Shown here one piece after another: positions 52,301-59,029 of a stretch of 59,029 nucleotides of DNA. The stretch lies in contig JALMLS010000501.1 of the NCBI GenBank assembly GCA_038496445.1, forward strand, positions 1 through 59,029, given 5' to 3'. The stretch comes from Trichosphaerium sp. ATCC 40318. Lineage: Eukaryota; Protista; Tubulinea. The translations under genes and the position numbers were made by a program. Position 1 is the stretch's first letter. The number at the start of each line of letters is the position of its first letter. The notes under the pieces were generated by a model. That model worked only from the letters and a program-made list of their open reading frames with translations. It did not search any database and was not told the DNA's origin.

Positions 52301-54481
52301 TTACAGCACAACACGCATGGCCTTCCACATTTCTTCGGAGAATTTTGGGTCCTTATAAAGAGGAAGATCCTCAGAAATCCACATGCCAGTACCTAAAATA
52401 GGAGACAATAAGTGTTGGCTCAAAATAGTAGGATTCGTTTTTGTAAAAAATGTCAACTTTTCTCCACTGTTTATAGTAAACGATTGTTTTTTAGATTGTG
52501 CAGGTTTAATAATGTTACTCATTTATGTACCTCTTAGCCCAAGTTTCTTTGCATACTCATACTAAATCGAATGAATGTCAAAGGATTTTACGCAAGAAAT
52601 TTTGAAGTCTCTTTTAGTTGTTTGAACGTACTTTGGCTGTTAAACTCTCTATGTCGTCGTAACGAATTTGGTAAGTAATTCCATCATCACCATAAAGATT
52701 AAACCTACATACTACGTAAATAACTATGAAGAACAATTGAGGAAGGAAAGAAAAAAAAAAGAAGGTGGTACCAAGGTGCTTTATCTTTATCGTCCCATTG
52801 ACGACCATTTGTTTTATTATTTGCAAGCCACTCAAGTATTTGAGATATTGGAAATTGTTTACCAGCAGCATCACTACAATTCACTCCTCTGAAAGGTACC
52901 TTGAAAGAAATGTTTGATAAAAGAAACGACACCTTTAAAGGTTGAAACTCGTTTTTGTCTGAAAGAGTTCACGGCTAGTACCTTTTTGATAGGGCATACA
53001 GTATCGTTTGTAGGATTCAAGCAAGGGTATCTGTATCCATACCAAGGTACGCCACTAAATACGGCACAATGAGTTACTGGGTATGAGAAAGCAAACACAA
53101 ACAAAAAAAAAGGCAGTACATACAGAACAATGTTGTTTGGTTCGATCCCTAACTTCAAGAATGCTTCCATACCTAGGTCCGTTATGAACGCATGTAACTT
53201 ATTGGTTTTGTACCTTTTTGTACACCAGGTATTGGAGAGTTAGGAAGAGCAACACATGGACCAAAGATCTGATTGAAAACGTTAAGATGTCAAACATTAT
53301 TTCGTTTTTCTTGAAGTTCATTACCTGGCTCTGCATGTCATAATCCATAACAAATACGAAGTCAACAGTTCTATAAAATGAATTTAATACTATAAATTAA
53401 AGAACACGTGTTGACTCAATAAATTGTCACAAAATTCGAAAAGAAAAAAAATCAAGTCGATCCTTGTTTTTTTTGGTGTTTGGATTTGGTTGTGAAGCAT
53501 TCGTACTTGGCAAGTGCAGCATAATCGTAACAACGGACATCAATACAATCAGGAGACCAAGCTACATCGATTGAAAGCTAAGAGCAAATCAATAAGAAAA
53601 AGAAAAAATAAAGAAAAAAAAAAAACCACTTACCTGTGCGTTAGGCATTTCTTTCTTCATTGCAGCGCGTAACTCTTGCATCCACGTGACCATATATCCT
53701 CTAAATACAAGAAAATAAATAACATACTATCTTCCTCAAGAGCATACATCATAGGAGATCCTTTGGGAATAGGATTTTCGTAGTCAATATTTATACCATC
53801 TGCATAGTTTTGCTTTACTTCCTCTAATGTATCCGCGATCCACTTCTGACGTGCACTTTAAGTACCGTTAATAATAAACCAAGAATGGACTCAAACCCAA
53901 AAGAATTAGATCCATTCGACAGTCACAAAGAAACTGGCGGTTATACGCACGTTGGGCTTGGTAGATCTGCTGGAGGTATTGATTTGAGAAGTACTACTCT
54001 AATAGCATCGTTGTCAGCTCCCATAGAACCCAATTAGTGATATCAACGTACCTTGTGTTAGTAGAATGTGCTTTACATATAATGCCAGGATCCATAGTTC
54101 CAGCGCGAGCCAATGTGGTTATCTACAAATTCGAGTTAGATAAAACGCGTATTTCGCTGTTTTACTCACAGTGTTGTAGTCGAAATACTTCCAATTATCT
54201 CCTGGGCTACAAAATGTCAGTTGACAAGTTTTTCTCTAGTAGCAGTACAGCATCCAGCTGCCAGTGAAGGTAAATATCTCCTTTGATGCCATAGGTGTCG
54301 ACAGTGGAGCACACAAGCTCTTGTCGTCACAAATACATGGAATAGGAGTCCCTGTTGCCTAAAATGTTATTTAACTATTGTTGATGCTATAACAGTGACA
54401 TTCGCAATCAAAATTACTAATTCGTACTAAAACGGTTGTAACGCCAATAGATATCAACAATAGTGTCTGTAGCGCTCTCAT
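52301..54481 (-). CDS. CTBS: Di-N-acetylchitobiase (GH18)
   Basis: Signal peptide; CICDDKSLC; DGINIDYE; DVAWSPDCIDVRCYDY; FVMDYDMQSQI; GVPWYGYRYPC; FRGVNCSDAAG; YDD.ESL; GTGMW. Confidence 0.92.
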
Positions 54482-54912
54482 TTTTCTGACGCTACACCCA
54501 CAAATGGTTTAAACGTCTCTAACGAACAGTCAAAATACTTTTTTAATGAGTACTCACTTAAGAGCACTCACTTAATTGCTCAATACAAAAGACCACCTAC
54601 CAAGTGTCGTCTGGTAGTAGTACGCTACAAGAGGTGCCTATGCTACTAGTGGTAACTTGTACGTGTTTTAGTAAAAGCCTCAATGGAGTATGAAATCTCT
54701 TTGTCTCTCAATATTCCTAGTCTATATTTAGATATCACCTGGCACAACACTTGACACGTTCAACTTTGATGGAGACTTGACACATGACGATGCTTCAGCA
54801 TCGTAACAGTGCCTTTTATTTCCTTCTCATATTATAGTCTAACGAGTATACTTTTTAGGCATACTCTAAAGTAAGACAGAAACTTATTTCTAATGATATT
54901 TTTGTAAACAAT

Positions 54913-57900
54913 TTAGTGGTACAATCCGTTTGGAGCTCCATTTTGAGCTTCAGTCTTATTTTGACTCCCAGAAAATGATTGCACCTATATCATACGTTTA
55001 ATATAAAGGTTTTAAACTACAGAAAATACAAAAAACAAGAGACATCCTGTAGAGATGGAAAAAAAAAGCTGTTTTTTGCCAAGTTTTGGTTTTTTTTAGT
55101 ACCTGTAGAAGAAGTTCTCTGGCTGTTTCGTCAGTAGCAAAATGTGTTCTAATAGGTTCAAGTAATCTGTTAATTTCACGAATTAAATTTCGTCTCAAGT
55201 CTGAAGCAGTGATAAAGCCTTCCTAAAAGAAAAAAATAAGTTTGTGTGAAAAAAAACAAACAAAAAGGACAGTCGCTAGTACTAGGTCACATAATTTTCA
55301 CTCCGAATGGTTACGGGGCCGCAATATATATCCATCGGTAGTGTAGAGTACATAATATTTGTTTTTGAATAAAAGAAAACGTACACTGTAAGCTTTAGTG
55401 AAATCTTGTACTGCTCTAATTTCTATTCTCTTTCCATTTTGTGTATCGAAAACGACTGGAAGGTTTATGATGTTACCATTTCTTGTTTGTACATTAGGAA
55501 TCACAAGGTATTGCATCATTTCTGCACAAGGATTTCCTACTACCTATACAAACACTTGAGCAACTGACCGACTTTTGAAAAAAGTAAAAAAAAATGACAA
55601 AACTCGTACTTGTTTCTCAGGACAATAAGCGTTCATGACCTTTTGCTTAACAACAGCGGGTGTATCATCAACGAATATAGCTGCATCAGCTTTACTTTTA
55701 CTCATCTTACTCTTGCCATACAGGTCACTACAAAACAAAAACTATTAGACTATCACGTGACTTTTTGTTGATTTACAAGGATAAAGAGCTAACAGGAGTG
55801 ATACCTGATGTTTGAAGAAGAAAAAAAAAAGCGTCAAGGTAAAAAGGAAGGTAAAACGCTCAGGACAAGCGAAGAATTTGAACAAATAGAGCGGTATTCG
55901 CTGCAACTTGAGAAAATAAAGCTGCTGGTTTTTTTTTTGAAGTCAGTCGTACCTTATAATTGGGTTTGCTAGTACAATAGGTTTTCTGTACTGTCCTCCT
56001 GACTTATCACAGTATGCTCTAGCCATGTTTATAACTTTTGTTTGATCTGTTCCCATTTGACATACATCAGCGCCTAGAAATAAGGCATCTGCTGCTTGCA
56101 TACAAGTATACATTGCCATAGAAGCAGATAACTCATCCGTTGGTTCTCTTCCCATAATGACAGAACAGTCTTTGACATCAGCCAAATTAAATCTAATAAG
56201 AAGTAAGGAATGGTGGTGAAGGCACAAAATCAGAAAATCTCAAAAAGAATGAAGGTTGTAAAGGGTACTTTGTTGAAATATCAATGACTTGTGACCAATA
56301 TTTATCAGCATATTTTTTTTGTTCTTCTGATGCCCATAAGAATTGAACACGCGATAAATCTAGACCAGATGCTTTAAAAACTTCAATAAAATATTGTCCA
56401 ACAATCTTAATCTTTGATTTATCTCCACCCAACTAACAAAGAAAACAGTGAGCAACCGAACTCCAAAACGAACTAAAAGTCAACCATTTTTCACTTAAAA
56501 AATATCAAACAAAGTTGTTTGGGTTATAGTGGGATCCTTGGGTTACTATTTTTTTTGCTATCGTACACCTACCTTATGATTCATATATGCGAACCAATCG
56601 GCTATTAAAAATAAATATGTAAAACCAGAGGACGTAAGCAATTGAACCATATACTTCTTTGTAAGTATCTAAAAAAACAACACAGGGGTTAAAACACGTT
56701 GAGAACAGATGTGACTGCTTTCAAGTATTTGAATATCATCTAGTGTACCTGTGCTATTGTCATACGCCCACTAGGTTCGCAACCATCAAGTGCAACAGGA
56801 TTTCTACTAATACGAAGTAGTTCTTTAAACTCTTCTACACCACTGCACTCGACAGCCCATCGTGTACATCTATTTAATCTGTCATCGACAGTGAGTGTAG
56901 AGTACGGTGGCGGCAAAGAATATCTAGAGTTTGCAGGATTTGTAACATTCTTGAAGCTCTCAAAGAGAGATACGGGTTTATCAAGCAACTACGTAAAGTC
57001 AAAAAAAAACATCAACACGAAGAGGACTATCTCGAATCTAAGTAATGTACCTCAAGAGCTCTTTTGCAGCAACCATATTCTAAAAACCGTTTCTTTTTGT
57101 CAACGAGAGCGTAAGACTTTTCTATATACGTCCTACATACCAAACGAGTTAGTAATGATACCAACTTGAATTTGATAAAAATGAAAAAAAAGAGAAAACT
57201 TACTTGATTGGGTTTCCAACAGCCTCTAGTACTTCCTCAGCAAGGTTTGGATACTATTATTAAATATCAGTAAGCGTCCAAACAATTGGTTTGAAAACGT
57301 GTAGTTTACATAGGCTAGTAACAGGGAATTAAGGAAATAAAGGAGGCGTACATTTATGTTAAAGTTAAGTGAAATAGCACGATGAAATAGCTGAGCAGTT
57401 CCAGAATTTGCAACCCAATCAGGAACAATACATACATTAGCATCACGGAGTGTCTAAGATAAATATTAACAGATGTACAACCTACGTTGTTAAAAGCTTT
57501 TCATTTTGGCGTACACACTGTACTGATCCAGAATCGTCGCCCACCAATGCACCAGCTGATGTGACAGTACCATAAGGATTGTTTGCTCCACATACGAGAT
57601 ATCTACAACCATGTTAGCAATGCTTTGACTACCGAACTTATTACCTGTCTTTGACGTCTCTCCATGTTGTATGTATCATAGATTGTACAATATCGTTACT
57701 CACTTGATAACGCAATGCACAGGGACTAAAAACTTCTGCCTGCAAGCACAAAGAATGTCAACAAAAACTAAGAAAATTTTAAGATTTGCTCGATGATTAC
57801 CTTTGTACAAGCTAAAAACTGTGCAAGAAACTGTGCGTTACCGACAATTGAAAAATTTTGTGTTCTTGTGACAGCATTAAATTTTTTCTTTTGAGCGGGA

Positions 57901-59029
57901 CTCAAATTGCAGAAGAAGTTTTTAGCACTTTCAGCTATTCGTTTTGGAGAACCTTTAGACATCATCAGCTTTTGTATACGCCTGTAAAAATGACATATTA
58001 GCATCATGTAATGATACATGTTGTTTTGTATTTAAACTCACGCTTGACGTGCACATAATACATCATAGATGTCTAAACCATTATGATCAAAAATGTACCT
58101 TAGAGAAAAAGGTTAGCAAAAAAGTAAAAGGTGATGTTCTATTCCTATTCAAAGACTAACCCATCCTTGTCACATAAGGCGACGACCTTAGCTATATTTC
58201 TATGGACCAAATAATAAGCAAGCGAACTACCAACAGCACCAAAACCTTGAATGATAACACGGAATTTACCTATTCCATAAAAGGTACTGTTAAATGGTGT
58301 AACAACAAAGGTTCTTTTATGTACCAAGACCAGCAGGGTTTGTAAGAGTTATCGCTGTGCGTATAGCTTCTGATATACCATAGCCTACAGAACCCTATTT
58401 GTAACGTTGTTAGCATAAGCGGAACGTAAAAGAATAACAAGGTAACTTTTAAAACAATAAATACAACATCGTACTTCAATGAGCGGGAAAAACTTTTCTT
58501 TACATGCTGGATGTATAATTATAGAGGATAAGTTTCCAGCGCGATTTGGTTGTCCAGTAGCGCGTGAAAATGTCTGTGCTAGTACATGTCTAAATGAAAA
58601 AAAATCAATTGATGTAATTAAATTGTGAAAGAATTACTACAAATCACATACTGCATTGTTGGTAATCCCAAGTCATTTTGAATAACTTGTTCTATAAACC
58701 TGTCATCTGTATTTAAATCTCCTGCTGTAACCCATACATTACTCAAAAGAGTCTTATTATCAATAATGAATCGGCGAAGAACCTGTTAATAGACAATTAA
58801 TGTCTACTTTCGAAAAAAAGAAAAAAAAAAAAAAGTCGTCGTAAATGACGTACTTCTTTTGCCCTGGCATCACGATGATTAAATCGAATACCTATCTTTC
58901 TTTAAAATCAATGTGAGGTGAGGTGACGTTTCATATTTTCATAAGGGAAACGCAAATGTGCTACCAAAAAACGAAAACAGCAATGTGCGTTTTTATAAGC
59001 GATTTTTTAACGTGTTACCACTTACAGAA
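54913..59029 (-). CDS. Fusion of a Glu/Leu/Phe/Val dehydrogenase-like domain and a tyrosyl-tRNA synthetase-like domain (5' end outside the window)
   Basis: Dehydrogenase motifs AGDLNT, VGYG, IQGFGAVG, FSPCA, CGANNP and PDWVANSG. TyrRS motifs DGCEPSGRM, IADWFA, FLWAS, MQAAD, QMGTDQ, KMSKS and AYCP. Linker exons splice in frame with no stop. Confidence 0.85.

Noticed and set aside
8031-59029. Alternative genetic code to explain fragmented ORFs
   Set aside because: Interruptions resolve with short spliceosomal introns, and TAA, TAG and TGA are all used as terminal stops.

Overview
Nuclear DNA of an intron-rich, AT-rich protist, probably an amoebozoan (inferred from a Roco kinase, a RING-TRAF zinc-finger protein and a PA-7TM protein). 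Bases 1-4951 hold a highly divergent, GC-rich rDNA unit on the minus strand: 18S, ITS1, 5.8S, ITS2 and the 5' part of 28S, with AT-rich insertions. Upstream of it (5.7-6.7 kb) lies an array of nine covarying hairpins. From about 8 kb onward are densely packed, spliced protein genes, including a 7-repeat protein with a PD-(D/E)XK-like domain, glycogen synthase, a CBS protein, a secreted vWA protein, a Roco kinase, RING-TRAF, a PH protein, MSH3, a broken CRN-like kinase, PA-7TM and chitobiase. The strongest novelty candidate is the last gene (minus strand, 5' end outside the window). By manual splicing it is one continuous reading frame joining a Glu/Leu/Phe/Val amino-acid dehydrogenase domain to a tyrosyl-tRNA-synthetase-like domain whose HIGH motif and tyrosine pocket are altered. 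All exon models were assembled by eye and are unverified.
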